A stretch of 64,000 bases of DNA, taken from Octopus sinensis. Its lineage: Eukaryota. Positions 12,313 to 24,315 of the stretch are shown in pieces. The notes below the pieces were generated by a model. It worked only from the letters and a program-made list of their open reading frames with translations. It was not told where the DNA came from and made no database searches. Every line of letters begins with the position of its first letter. Within the stretch, counting starts at the first letter, position 1. The DNA is taken from contig NC_043003.1 in the NCBI RefSeq assembly GCF_006345805.1, positions 100,316,001-100,380,000 of the forward strand. The letters are read 5' to 3'. A program made the translations under genes and the position numbers.

Positions 12313-13582
12313 TGAGGGGCGTTCAATAAGTAATGCCCCTGACCCACTTGCAGTTGTTTGATCTAGCTGAAATTTTGCATGTGCACTTATTTATACCTCT
12401 ATAGATTAAGTGGCGAATTACAGCTCTGAACTAATTGTGGTTTCTGATTTACAGGTGTTTGAACTGAGTCAAGTGTGAAATAGAGCCTGTTGAGTGTCGA
12501 GCAGTGATCTGGTTTTTGTATTTGAAAGGACGCACACCACGGGAGACTTTTGATGAAATGAAAGTAACTTATGGTGATGATGCCCCATCATATGACCTTG
12601 TAAAACGCTGGCATTGTGAATCCGAACATAGTCGGAACTCTGTGGAAACTGCTCCCAGATCTGGTCGCCCCCTTCTGCCATTGATGAGACGTCTGTCCGT
12701 CAAATTGAGGCTGCCATTTTGGAAGGTCAACGCATAACTATTCGCCAAATAGCCCATAAGGTCAAGATTAGTACCGGGTCTGTGGAAACTATCATTCATG
12801 ACCATTTGCATATGCAAAAGGTGTCTGCCAGATGGATTTCCAGGTTGCTCACACCTTTCCAGAAGCAAGAACACGTTGAGTGCTCGAGGATGAATTTGGA
12901 GATGTGCCAAGAAGATGAGTCAAAATTTTTCAAAAGACTGATCACACAGGATAAAACCTGGGTCCATCACTATGATCCATAGACCAAAGCCCAGTCAATG
13001 CAGTGAAAGCACCGTGACTCACCTCCTCCAAAGAAGGCAAGGGTGCAGCCCTCTGCTGACAAGGTTATGCTCACAGTCTTCTGGGACCAGGACGGAGTAG
13101 TGATAACAGATTTCCTGGCAAAGGGTACCACAATTACAGGAGCCTATTATGCTTCACTTTTGAGGAAATTAAGAGAAGCTATCAAAATCAAGAGGCGGGG
13201 CAAGATCAGCAAAGGCATCCTCCTCCTGCAGGACAACGCTCCGGTCCACAACTCGCGTGTCGCCAGATCAGAAGCACAGGCGTGCAACTATGAACTCCTC
13301 CCCTTGCACCCTCTGATTTTCACCTCTTCCCAGCCATGAAGTTGATTTTGAAAGGAAAGTATTTCCCAGATGATGCAGCCTTGATTTCTGAAGTCACGTC
13401 GTGGTTGGAGGACCAAGCTGGGGTCTTCTACAAAAACGGTCTTCAGAGCTGCATCAAACGATGGGAGAAATGCGTAACTCTGGGTGGTTCCTATGTAGAA
13501 AAAGACTAATAACTTTGCCAAGTGTCGTTGCTCTACGGCTATGGGAAGTGGGTCAGGGGCATTACTTATTGAACGTCCCTCG
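12313..13582 (+). mobile_element. Mariner (DD34D) transposon, full length about 1.27 kb, pseudogenised
   Basis: 37-bp TIRs (12313-12349 and 13546-13582, 2 mismatches) flanked by TA. Transposase motifs WISRLL, ITQDKTWVHHYDP, QDNAPVH, LAPSDFHLF, with stops and frameshifts. Confidence 0.95.
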
Positions 13583-13599
13583 TACCATCATTACCACCA

Positions 13600-14580
13600 C
13601 CACCAGCATTAACAGTAAAGAAATAAATAATGAAAACAGCATGCCAAAAATATCCATTGGTTGCAATTTTATTGATATCTGCACACAGGAAGAAATTTTT
13701 TGTGTGTGATGACACAGACCATCTTAAGGTTTTCTGTCCACAGCAAAAGAGGGAAGAAGGGAAACCTCCACTACTCCTGATACCATCACCACATCAGCAA
13801 CAGCAACTGTAATGGTAAAATTAGCAGCCATGAAAGCAGCAACAAAAACATCAACAGTTGAAGCAACAACAAAAGAAACACTATTCTCAAGGGCCACCCA
13901 TTACTACCAGAAACAGCAACCGAAATCCACCCAATAACTAGAGAACAAAAAGGCAAGCACCTCCAGAACATTTTCCTCCCAACTTGGAACTATTCAAACA
14001 TGTCATATAGCAAAGGTGACAAGAAAGCAACCAAATTGAAGGAGGCAATCAACAAGCAAAAAGAAAAAGAGACCAAAAAAAGTGGGAAGTTTGAACAGAC
14101 AGAAGAAACATCTTCAACAATACCATCATCATCATCACCATTACTACCACAGTCATCATCAACATTGTAAACACTAGCACAACCTAAAATCCACACTTAA
14201 AGGAACTACTCACATAGTTGTAAGAGGTCCTGTGGCAAGCCCAGCACCTGATAGCTGGACATGATTAAGGAGGACACCCCAGAGGCTTGATGTCACCTTG
14301 GAGGATGCAGAGGAGCTGGCACAAGACTGCCAGCAATGGAGAGCACTGGTGGACCTGGTCGGCTCTACACAATAACTTCTTTAGGACCGGTAACCTGGGA
14401 TAACCCCAGCCCCATCAAGCAGTAGCAAAGAGGGAGAAAGAGAGAGAGAGAGAGAGAACCAACAAGAACAGCACCTGCAAAGAAACATCATACATGACCA
14501 TAAATACAAACAACACAGAACTCATAAACCACATACAAAAACACACTAACATTACTCTCCATGATATCAACACCAATTTT
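13600..14580 (+). mobile_element. Highly decayed Tx1/L1 ORF1 relic interrupted by an RTE 3' fragment (about 14220-14430)
   Basis: RKKFFVCDDTDHLKVFCP resembles the zinc knuckle at 16908. NTELINHIQKHTNIT resembles NEKLVSYIIDNTSTNIT at about 17510. Confidence 0.45.
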
Positions 14581-14749
14581 TATGTGTTGATATTATTTGT
14601 ATAATATCAACACATATTATAATCACCTTGAGATGCCATATTTTTTTGTGATTTCAATGAGCAAATTTTTCTGATTTGTGAGCCTGTTACATTCTTTTGC
14701 CAAAATATATTGCAAAATCACCATTTTGAATCTACTCATTTTTCCATCA

Positions 14750-15488
14750 CATTAGCTTGGTAGTTCTGGGTCACTAAGCTTTGGTCTCAAGCTGCTTGGA
14801 TGAAGCCTTCACTTTCAGCCTTTATCCTTGAGCTTCCTAACCACTGATGGGTGTGATTTTGGTCAACATCAGCTGTTTCAAGACATTTGGCTAGTCCAGT
14901 TGTGGTTTTGTAAGAAATTTCAACTGGATCAAGCTTCAATCTCCTTGGGTTCTGGGAAAGTAAAGACAACCCACATTGGCCTTTGGGTGGTGTATCTTAT
15001 TACAAGCTTGCAATTTTTTTGTTTGTTTTTCCACTGATGTTCCAGTTCAATGCATTGAAACTATAAGTATTAATTGGAACTTCCTAGAAATTTATGATTA
15101 ACATCTTGCTATGTGAATTTAGCTCAGGTTTCAGAACTGCTGGTACCCTCCTATGATATTCCTCCCTGATTTCCCTTTCTTAAAAGTGGTCTTGGCATAC
15201 TTATCAAGACCAAACTCCATCCAATGCTTTCACAGAACATAATAGGCTTTCAAGCTCATCTTTGCCTCTGAGTTTTAAGTCATCCGTATAAAATAGTTTA
15301 TTTTCTTGTCAATTTTATAATCATACCCTGTTCTGTCAAGTTCATTTATGAGGTGCATTAGAGCTATTAAAAAAATTCCAGGTGAAAGTAAGTCGCCTTG
15401 GAAAATGCCACAGCTGATGCTAATATTGCTTGAATCTAGTACTCCATTAGAATGATATAACTGGAAATTATACTTCAGAAAGTTTGAA
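14750..15488 (-). mobile_element. R4/Dong-type RT fragments
   Basis: GIFQGDLLSPGIFLIALMHL..TGYDYKI and WLGSSRIKAESEGFIQAA. Confidence 0.75.
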
Positions 15489-15522
15489 ATTATTATTATC
15501 ATCATCATCATCATCATCATCA

Positions 15523-15555
<33 letters not shown>

Positions 15556-15855
15556 CTTCTCGAGAGGACGGACGTGTGTGAAGCTGCTCTATGGGTTTTG
15601 TGCCAATTTGATTGGAAATTTCTCTAAAACTTTTTATATTTTTCAATATTTGTGTGGCCAAGTCAACTAACTTCTAGCGGAGCTAGTTGGCTCGGCAAAA
15701 TTTTACTCCATTGGGGCTAAAATTACGTTTTGAAATTTGAACATTTTGAATATTATCATCATCATCATCATTTAGCGTCCGTGATGATGATGATGATGAT
15801 GATAATATTCAAAATGTTCAAATTTCAAAACGTATACACGTACATTTCAACAAAC

Positions 15856-17630
15856 ATGGCTATGAAGCGAGCAGTCGGCTGTTCCCTTCTCCCAACACCA
15901 CACCCTCCGCAAACACACACATTGTCAAAAACATTTCCAAACCGCCTACTTCGTGCCATAAAAGGCAACAAAGATCCTCCTTTCGAAGCTCTAAGCATGT
16001 GCAGCATTCAAAAGGAGAAAGAAAACCAGGACGTCACTTTCGACGTCATTGAAGATTTTCCTCCTCTTCCTTCCACCAATGCTCCGGTACCGGAGAAGGA
16101 GGGAAGAAAGAGCGTTCCAAAGAAAAGCGACAACGATGGCGTCACCTTTGACGTCATCGAAGATTTTCCTTCTCTTCCCTCCACCAGTGCTCCAGTACCG
16201 GAGAAGGAGGGAAGGAAAATGACCAGCAACCGCACCGACACCACCACCAGCAACAACACAGCAAGCCATCGTAGCAATTTCGCCTCCGCTGCAAAACAAA
16301 GCTCGGAGGAGGTGAATGTTACGATGGAGGAAATCAAAAGCGCAAAGGAGTTGTTGAGAAAAGAGGGGAACAGTGTTTTCCTCAATACACCTCAACAACT
16401 CATACATGACACTAACAAGAAGACAATATTTTACAAGGTTTTCGACAAGAAAAACAAAAGACTAATTAACACAACACCCCAACAATTGGAAATAGCTCTG
16501 AAGCCCATATGGGGCAAAAAGAGCTATGTCACCAGAGGGAAGCGTTTCGGAACCATGGAGGTTCGCTTCCCAATGGAGGAGGATGCAAGGGCGCATGCCA
16601 TTTCGCCCTTGCAAAATGAAAATTTGTTCCTAGTTCCAACGTACCTCGGCGGAGGGTCACGAAAATAAAAATCGACATAGTACCCGCCGAACTAAATATA
16701 TCATGGCTGGTGGCGGCTGTCCTCTATGGCATAGAGGACACTGCCACTATTCTGGACGTACGAAGAGTGAAGGAAAAAAACTGGTCAGGTATGGGAGTTC
16801 AAATGCTGGTACAAATCCAGCAGGAAAACATTAATGCCATACCTGACTCGGTAAATTTGCCGGACGGCACCAGGCTGCATGTTGCTGTGGAGGGGCGAAA
16901 GCCAAAATGTTACCACTGCAGCAGCAAAAGCCACCTAAAGAGGGACTGCCCTATTTACAAGAAAAGAATGGAGGCAGACGGCAAGAGGCAGCAGCAGCAG
17001 GAACAACAACAACAGCAAGAAACACCAAAGGCTGCCACATCACCAACACCATCACCACCACCACGACGAACGACACCACCTCCAACAACCATTAAACCAA
17101 CACCAACCCCAGCACCAAGAAAGACAACAACAAAAAAGGAAGAAGTATCACCGTCACCATCACCAACAGATACAGCAACACCACCGCTACCAGCAGAACC
17201 AACAATTTTTCACCCTGCTGCTGAAGCAGACCCGACAGCTATCCCCTTTCCGGATCAGGACAGCTCGGATTGTGCGAGCACTGATACCGAGAAAGGTGAA
17301 TGGCACACAGTGCTTCCGAAGAAGAAGAGGAGGAAGAAGCAAAAAGACACACAGGGGAAGCACGAACAAATAGTGCTTCCCAACATCAACAACAACAACA
17401 ACAACACACACTCACAACAACAAACAACAACACTTTCGACACCACTACTGCCACTGCCACACACTCCAACACACACAGACACGATTACAGCCATAAACAG
17501 AAAAAATGAAAAACTCGTTTCATATATAATAGACAACACAAGCACAAACATTACAGATTTCATTATACCTACACACAACACACCACCAGCACACATTCTC
17601 ACCATTAAAATTAACCAAAAAACACAGTGA
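15856..17630 (+). pseudogene. Tx1 ORF1 (gag-like, zinc knuckle), one frameshift near 16652
   Basis: Reading across 16652 gives PTYLGG-RVTKIKIDIVPAELNISWLVAAVLYG. CYHCSSKSHLKRDC (CX2CX4HX4C) at 16908-16949. Confidence 0.88.
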
Positions 17631-17797
17631 CATAAAACAGATATTCCCTAACTATGTCGGATCGCTAGGGAGAAGTTTCTCAAAGAAACTTTATAAAAAT
17701 ATTGTGGAAACACCCGTGCAAAAGCACAAGCCACCCCCACTACCAACAACAGTAAGTAGAGCCTTTTTCTCCTTTTATTTTTTGTCACCTTTGAAAC

Positions 17798-20700
17798 ATG
17801 GCAAAACTTAGAATCGGTTGCTTGAATGTGAAAGGCCTCGGGTCACCTGTTAAACGACCTGAGGTTTCATGATGTGGATGTAGCAGCCATTAGTGAAACC
17901 AGGCTCTCCGACCCGCAGGAACTCGCAGCCCTTTTCGGCGGATACAAGATATTTCTATCTCCGTGTCGGCCGGGAGCGAGCGGTGGTGGTACTGCGGTGT
18001 TGTTTCAGAAGGGCCTGGACTTGAAAATAAGGACAGTCTTCCTAGATCCAGAAGGTAAGTTGGTGGTCCTTGACGTAGACGGTAGTGACGGCGGTGCTTT
18101 CAGACTGCTGGCTGCCTACGCTCCAACAGGAGCAGGACAGTCGGATTATTTCAAACGTCTGGAAGTTTTCCTGGGAACGTCACGCACTCTAGTGCTAGTT
18201 GGGGATTGGAACGCTGTCTTAGGCGAACGTTTCGACTGGGTGGGCAGGGGAGCATCTGATAGGAGAGGGGGTGCAAGAGCCTCGCCAACCTACTCGGACG
18301 CTTTCAGCTGTCCGACAGGTTTCGACTAGACAAGCCGAATGTGCCAATATGGACTTGGACCAATCGCATCGGGTCGTCTAGATCGTACTTAGAGTGTTTT
18401 GTAGGCCAGCGGATAAGGACAGCATAGGGTGTTCACAATTCCACCTAGTCGACTACACGGACCACAAATTCGTGATCTACGGTCGACTTAGATCGGCTAC
18501 ATAGACAGGGACCTGGTTACTGGAAGCTGAACGCATCGTTAACGGCGTGCAAAGCTTACAGAAACCGGATTAGTTTACTAGTTAAGTGGGCGCTCACGGG
18601 GGCAACCATCAACAACAACTGGTGGTTTGCACTCAAGAGAGCAATTAGAGTAGAGTCGATTAGGTTTAGTAAGTCACTAGTGATTGAACGTAGGAAGAGA
18701 GAGCGGGATTTAGTTAAGAAATTAGACGAGGCTCTTGAGACTGGCATCGCGACCGACGTGTTGGCGGCAAGGTTGGCCCTCGACCAACACTTTGACACCA
18801 AACATGAAGGCTGCGTTGTCAGAGCTAAGGCACGTTCGCTAAGCGGGGAGGGGACTAGAGCCGCTCGATGGGCCCGCGTGGTGGAGGTGAAGCAAGGCAA
18901 CAAAGCAACCATTCGGTCTTTGGTGGACCAGAACGGGCACGAGGTTACCGAACCGAAGCAGATGTGTGCGGTGTTTCAGCGGCACTTTGCTCAACTGTTT
19001 AGGACGATCGGTGGAACGGACAACGGTACAGACTTTGGTGTGTACCTGGACGGCCTACCGCAACTCTCGGACAGCGAGGCAGAGTGCAGCGAAGGACCGA
19101 TATCTGCCTGGGAAGTGGAGGAAGCAATGAAGAGTTGCACAAGAGGTAGATCGCCGGGTTTGGATGGTCTGCCCTACGAGCTTTACACTTCAATGCCAGA
19201 CTTGTTTGCGGGCCTGTTGGCAGACGCCTACTGCAAAACGGGAGAATTCCTGCTTTTGTCTGTCGAGGGGCGGTGGCTTTGCTGAGAAAGGACCCAAACA
19301 AGGGGGACGTTATAGGGAATTTTCGGCCCATCACTCTGCTCAATGCAGAGTTGAAGATTTTGGCCAAGGTGCTAGCCAAGAGATTGGCGCTTGTCGTGGA
19401 CATACTGGTTGGCAAGACCAGGTCGATACACGACAACCTCCATCTCATGCACTACATCATAGAGAGGGTGGGTAACGATGCTGGCGCGGGTGAGGCTTTG
19501 ATCAATTTAGATCAGAGTAAAGCCTTCGATAGGGTCGACCATTGGTACCTGACAGCTGTTCTCAAGGCAGCCGGCTTCGGTCCAGTCTTCCGCGGGTGGA
19601 TTGCTACTTTATACAGCAACATCTGCTCGGTGATACGGGTGAACGGTCACCTTTCGGAACCGTTTGACATCTCACGTTCGGTCCGCCAAGGATGCCCTTT
19701 CTCCTCCCTCTTGTACATATTGACTCTCGAGCCATTACTGCGCAAGTTCGAGACTTTGAGGAGTATCCCGCGCGATCTAGGAGGTGGAAACAGCATGTCT
19801 GCCTATGCCGACGACGTCACCGTGATGGTGTCGAGCCACAGGCACATTGACCTGATTGGCGAGACGCTAAACGAGTACGAAGCGGTGACAGGGGCAAAGG
19901 TTAACGCGGAAAAGTCCGTGGGCTTGCAACTGGGCACCTGGAGAGGCAAACCCATGCCGTCCAACAGCGTCGTAGGGCACTGGACAGACGGACCCGTTAA
20001 ACTGCTCGGGGTCTGGTTCGGTCCGGACCTCCAGGTGGATAGAAACTGGGAAGAAGTGACGAGCAGGGTGGCCAATCTCACCCAGAAATGGGCCGAGAGG
20101 AAGCTGTCCCTGAAAGGTCGAGTGGAGGTGGCAAATGCGTATATCGCAACTGTCATCTATTACCGCTTGACCGTCGTCCCTTGTCCCGACCGCTGGTTGT
20201 CCAAGCTGGTACGCCTGCTCTTCGACTTTTTGTGGAAGGGTCAGGTGCCACTGGTCAGGCGATCCATCTGCTGTCAACGACCGCTGAACAGAGGCCTTGG
20301 CATGCTGTGGTTACTGATAGTTTCCAGAGGTCGCTCGCCTGGCAGTGCTACCGAGGGGCTCTGCCTGTTCGGGATAAACTCTACCAGCACGGAAGTGCCG
20401 TCAGCCTGGCCTGCCCGAGGTGTTGCCAGGACGACGAAACCGTTCTGCATGCACTTGTCCAGTGCCTGAGTATTGCTGAACTATGGGTTTATGTCGAACA
20501 GCTACTGTCATGTATAGGACGGATCCGGCTATCAGCTGAATCCATAGTGAAGATTGCCCCGCCGACCTCCTTTAACAAGGAGGGCAAGGCAGTTTTCCTG
20601 TGCCTAGTGGCTGTGGCAAAAGAGGTTGTATGGTGGACCCATTTGAAAGGGCTAAAGTCAGACACTTTCCTCTTTGGTCAAGGCCTCATCAACTTTTTCA

Positions 20701-20828
20701 AGTTTCACTTGAAATGGAAGATGAGGTTAGAGAGGAGAGTGCTGTCCGATAGCAAGTTTTCTGAAAGGTGGGTGAATTGTGCAAGAATGGCCAGTATAAA
20801 TGGACCAATTCTCAGGTTTCGCCTGTAA
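17798..20828 (+). pseudogene. Tx1 ORF2 (APE endonuclease, reverse transcriptase, C-terminal CCHC), several indels
   Basis: MAKLRIGCLNVKGL, AAISET, GDWNA, SPGLDGLPYE, FRPITLLN, SVRQGCP, YADD at 19804-19815, CPRC..ETVLHALVQC. Confidence 0.92.
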
Positions 20829-21145
20829 TTGAAAAAGGTGTTATAAAAGGAGAAAGGGGCTCTCTACCCCCCCCCCCTTTTGACCAGGCACCCGTTGGCT
20901 TTTATGGGTTTTTTCCACCAGGAACCTTTCGTAATGCCTCCCCCTATTGGGGGTTTTTCGTTGTTATATTATTTGATTGTTACACTGATTTTACACGATT
21001 TTTTCACAAACGGACAAAACCCTTTGTAACCTTTCGTCCTGTTTTGTCCCTTTATGTTTTCTAATCATGTGTGTCAGCCCTTGTGGCCAATAAAAAGAAT
21101 TAATTATTATTATTATTATTATTATGATTATTATTATTATTATTA

Positions 21146-21440
21146 GTCATAGTGAGGATGCATGGCCTAGTGATTAGGGTGTTGCACTCATGGCTGTAAG
21201 ATCAAAGTTTCATTTCCTGGACTGGGTGGGGCATTGTGTTCATGAGTAAAACACATCTCAGTTGCTCTGTGATCATTTTTGACACCTGATGCATGGCACA
21301 CCATGCACCTGAACAGGTGGAGTTGATTTAATGGAGGGAGTGAGCCAATATACAGCATATATATTTGATCACTATAAACAAATTATTTGTGCAGGTTGTT
21401 CCACAAAAGCTGAGCATTCATACATTGTCTTTGACAGGAG
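21146..21440 (+). mobile_element. tRNA-derived SINE following the (ATT)n tract
   Basis: A-box-like tggcctagtgattag head, then a non-tRNA body and (ATC/ATT)n tail. Confidence 0.55.
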
Positions 21441-21499
21441 AGTCCCTCATTATCATCATCATCATCATCATCATTATTATTATTATTATTGTGCATGAA

Positions 21500-21625
21500 T
21501 AAGGTGGTGAGCTGGCAGAATTGTTAGCACGCTTGATGAAATGTTTTGCAGTATTTCACCTGTTGCTGTGTTCTGAGTTCAAATTCCGCTGAGGTCAACT
21601 TGTGCCTTTAGTAGAAAGGATTATT
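21500..21625 (+). mobile_element. SINE, internally deleted
   Basis: ggtgagctggcagaattgttagc..gttctgagttcaaattccgctgaggtcaact. Confidence 0.6.
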
Positions 21626-21671
21626 TTTGTGCATGAATGTTCTGCATTCAGAATCAGTTTCCTTGATACCA

Positions 21672-22672
21672 GGTCATAACCAGTTACTTTCAATACTGAG
21701 GACCTTTCGCACAATCCTTGCTGTTCCCAACAGAGCAAATTTCTGAATCAATTCAACTCTTGTAGTTGTTAAGTCTGTTGATGATAGTATGAACCTACAA
21801 TAACAGGGATTACTTATGTAGAATCCCTCCACAGTCATCATATTTCCCCAACCAAATTCTAGTATTTTCTTTTTTTTTTTCTGTTCTTTGATTGCTACAT
21901 TCATGTCTGCAGATATAGCCACATCTATGATGGTACACTCTTTTTTACCCCTTGTCAAGAACCATAATATCTGGTCAACTGGCATGAATTTCACAATCAG
22001 TCTGTATGCTAAAATCCCATAACATCTTATATATTACACTTTCTGGTTGATGTTTGTATCATTTTTTTCCTACTTTAAATCTTTGCCGTAATATGTCTCA
22101 ATGTAATGCCTTGGCCACAGTCATGTCTATGCCTATCTTCCTTCTGTGCCAAAGAACTACAGGAACTTATGTGCATAATAGATTCCTCTTTCTTATTACA
22201 TACTCTGCACTTTGCACTTTTCATGGATTTGTCTGTTTTGGCTTTAGTGATACTTATCCACAACGACTGGCTTTGAGCAGCCATTATGAGCCTTCTGTGT
22301 CTTTAAGCTCTCCATCCTTCAACTATAACCAAGACTTCTCTGCTACAATGTCCCACATTTAGCTGAGATTTGGTCATGTATTTCCTTTCCCCAGACGTTT
22401 CGTTTCCACCCCTGCTTTCTTCTTTTCTAGTATTCCATTGCTGTCTCCACAGCTTCTTTCTGCTCTCCTCTGGCAGCAAAATCAGTCTTTCTGGGTCGCT
22501 CCTCACATACTCTTGTATGTCTTGTTTTGCCATGTCTACACAGTCTTCTATTGATATCAAACTCTTCCCCTCCTACCTCTTCCCATTGTAGGTACAATCT
22601 ATCAACACTGTCTCTGGGACGTAATGACTTGTACATGGACATTATTTTTCTGGTCTTACAATCTATATCTCT
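21672..22672 (-). mobile_element. R4/Dong-type 3' fragment (copy A)
   Basis: ..IIDVAISAD..LIQKFALLGTARIVRKVL; CRVCNKKEESIMHISSC; RDSVDRLYL. Confidence 0.8.
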
Positions 22673-23750
22673 TCTTCTTCTCCTTCCTTAGGTCCATTGG
22701 TTCCTTTGAGCAACACATCGGGCAGTTAGTGATCAACAATTATGTTTGTCTCTGGCCAATTAGTACACATCTTCCCAAATGATGTTCAGTCTGCATAGGT
22801 CTTCTTTGAGGGTACTACACCAGATCTTCCTTGGCTGGCTTTTTTTCTCCTACCTTTTAGGGGCATCCAGCCCATAGCTGTTTTAGCAAGCCTCTCCCCT
22901 GGCAGTCTTAGTATGTGTCCAGCCATTCTCAGTATGCAGGGGCCGCACTCTTGCTGCTTAGAGAATGGCTTCATTTGTCACTCTGTCTCAATAAGTGATT
23001 CTTAGGATTTTTTCAGGTCTCAGCTGCATAAATCTCTATTGGCAGTCTTGCTGTTTGTACAGAGGAATCTTCAGTTCTACACTTATGTTATTGCTACACC
23101 AAAGTGTTGTCAGTCTTCTAAATACTGATGCTGCCTTGCCAATTCTGCATCTTACATCTCTCTCTGCATTGCTATTGCTTGTCACTATGCATCCCAGATT
23201 TATGAAACTTGTAACTTCTTCAACTGGTTCTTGCTCAACTTTCACTGGTACACTTTCTACTTGTTTCCCAACTTACATTACCTTCATTTTTTGACTGCTG
23301 ATTCTCAACCCAGTCTTTGCCACTTCCCTTTCCATTTTTGTTGTCATTTCTTGTAATGTTGGGTGACTCAGCCAACAGGGCAGTGTCATTGGCAAAATCC
23401 AAGTCTATTAGCTAGTCCCTTGTCATCCATGGTATGCCTACAGCTAGTCCCACCATTGATTTTCATATAACAAAATCAATGACCATCAGAAACAATATTG
23501 GTGACAGAAGACAGCCTTGTCTTACTCCAGTGATGATTTCAAGAAAAACCCAGTGTATCCATGCTCTATTTTCATGCAGCAGCTTGAGTTGTAGAAACTG
23601 CTTAGCAGACTGATGTAATTGTCTGATATTCCATACACTTTCACAATCTTTCAGAGGGTTTCTCTGTGCACACTGTCAAATGCCTTTTTGAAATCAATGA
23701 AGTTTATTATTAGTGATCTTTGTTCTACGATCTTATGCAGTGTGAATATG
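22673..23750 (-). mobile_element. RTE LINE RT/3' fragment with (GAA)n tail
   Basis: GVRQGCLLSPILF, LDFANDTALL, VEEVTSFINLG..DVRCRIGKAASVF, MAGHILRLPGERLAK. Confidence 0.8.
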
Positions 23751-23889
23751 AGAAAGGAGGCAGGTTAGGTGTTTGGCTACCAACCTGACCCTGTAAAAAC
23801 TTACAGTGCTAAAGAAATGATCAGTATCACTACAAACAAACGACTGGATGGAGAAGGTTCGCCCCGAGATTTAGTGATGGATCCAGAGG

Positions 23890-24315
23890 ACATTTGAGAG
23901 GTGTCCCAGACCCTGATGAATAGCCAACTGAAATTCCAATACAACCAAGCATTTTTTCTCACACGGAATTTCTAACATACAGTCCACACTGCACACTGTT
24001 CATTCTTCACACCAGGAACAATCATTTTGTTTTGTCAACCAGTTTTTTCAGAGATGTTTATGTTTATGACAGTTTGAATTTACCATACCACAGGAATTAA
24101 CAGCGCAGATAACAATGCTGTACTCCCACAAACAAACATAATTCCTACAGTTCATATTACTAATCCCCAAGTTGGTACATATGATTGTTGTCTTTTTGCC
24201 ATGGCGTATGCATTTGAACGGGTCGTTGGAAACTCTCCAGAGAAGTTTTTATCAGTTAAAAATGTGAGCACATTTAAGATTTTGCCTTGAAAACAATAAA
24301 TTTGTTCCTTTACTG
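23890..24315 (+). pseudogene. Ulp1/C48-like cysteine protease relic
   Basis: Across frameshifts: ILHTRNNHFV..VYVYDSL..QVGTYDCCLFAMAYAFE..GNSPEK..M*AHLRFCLENNKFVP. His (24023), Asp (24068) and Cys (24186) occur in Ulp1 order. Confidence 0.6.

Larger units (their letters stand above)
15555..21100 (+). mobile_element. Near full-length L1/Tx1-clade LINE (about 5.5 kb) bounded by (ATT)n on both sides
   Basis: 5' UTR, ORF1 with CCHC knuckle, ORF2 APE-RT-CCHC, 3' UTR ending aataaaaagaat then (ATT)n. CpG-rich, so relatively young. Confidence 0.93.

Noticed and set aside
15730-15855. N-terminal extension MKFEHFEYYHHHHH..MMMMMM of the 312-aa ORF
   Set aside because: It is the translated hairpin and microsatellite. 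The plausible ORF1 start is the ATG at 15856.
23756-23810. Possible RTE 5'-UTR in opposite orientation next to the RT fragment (5' inversion)
   Set aside because: The resemblance is from memory only, with no second copy in the window to confirm it.
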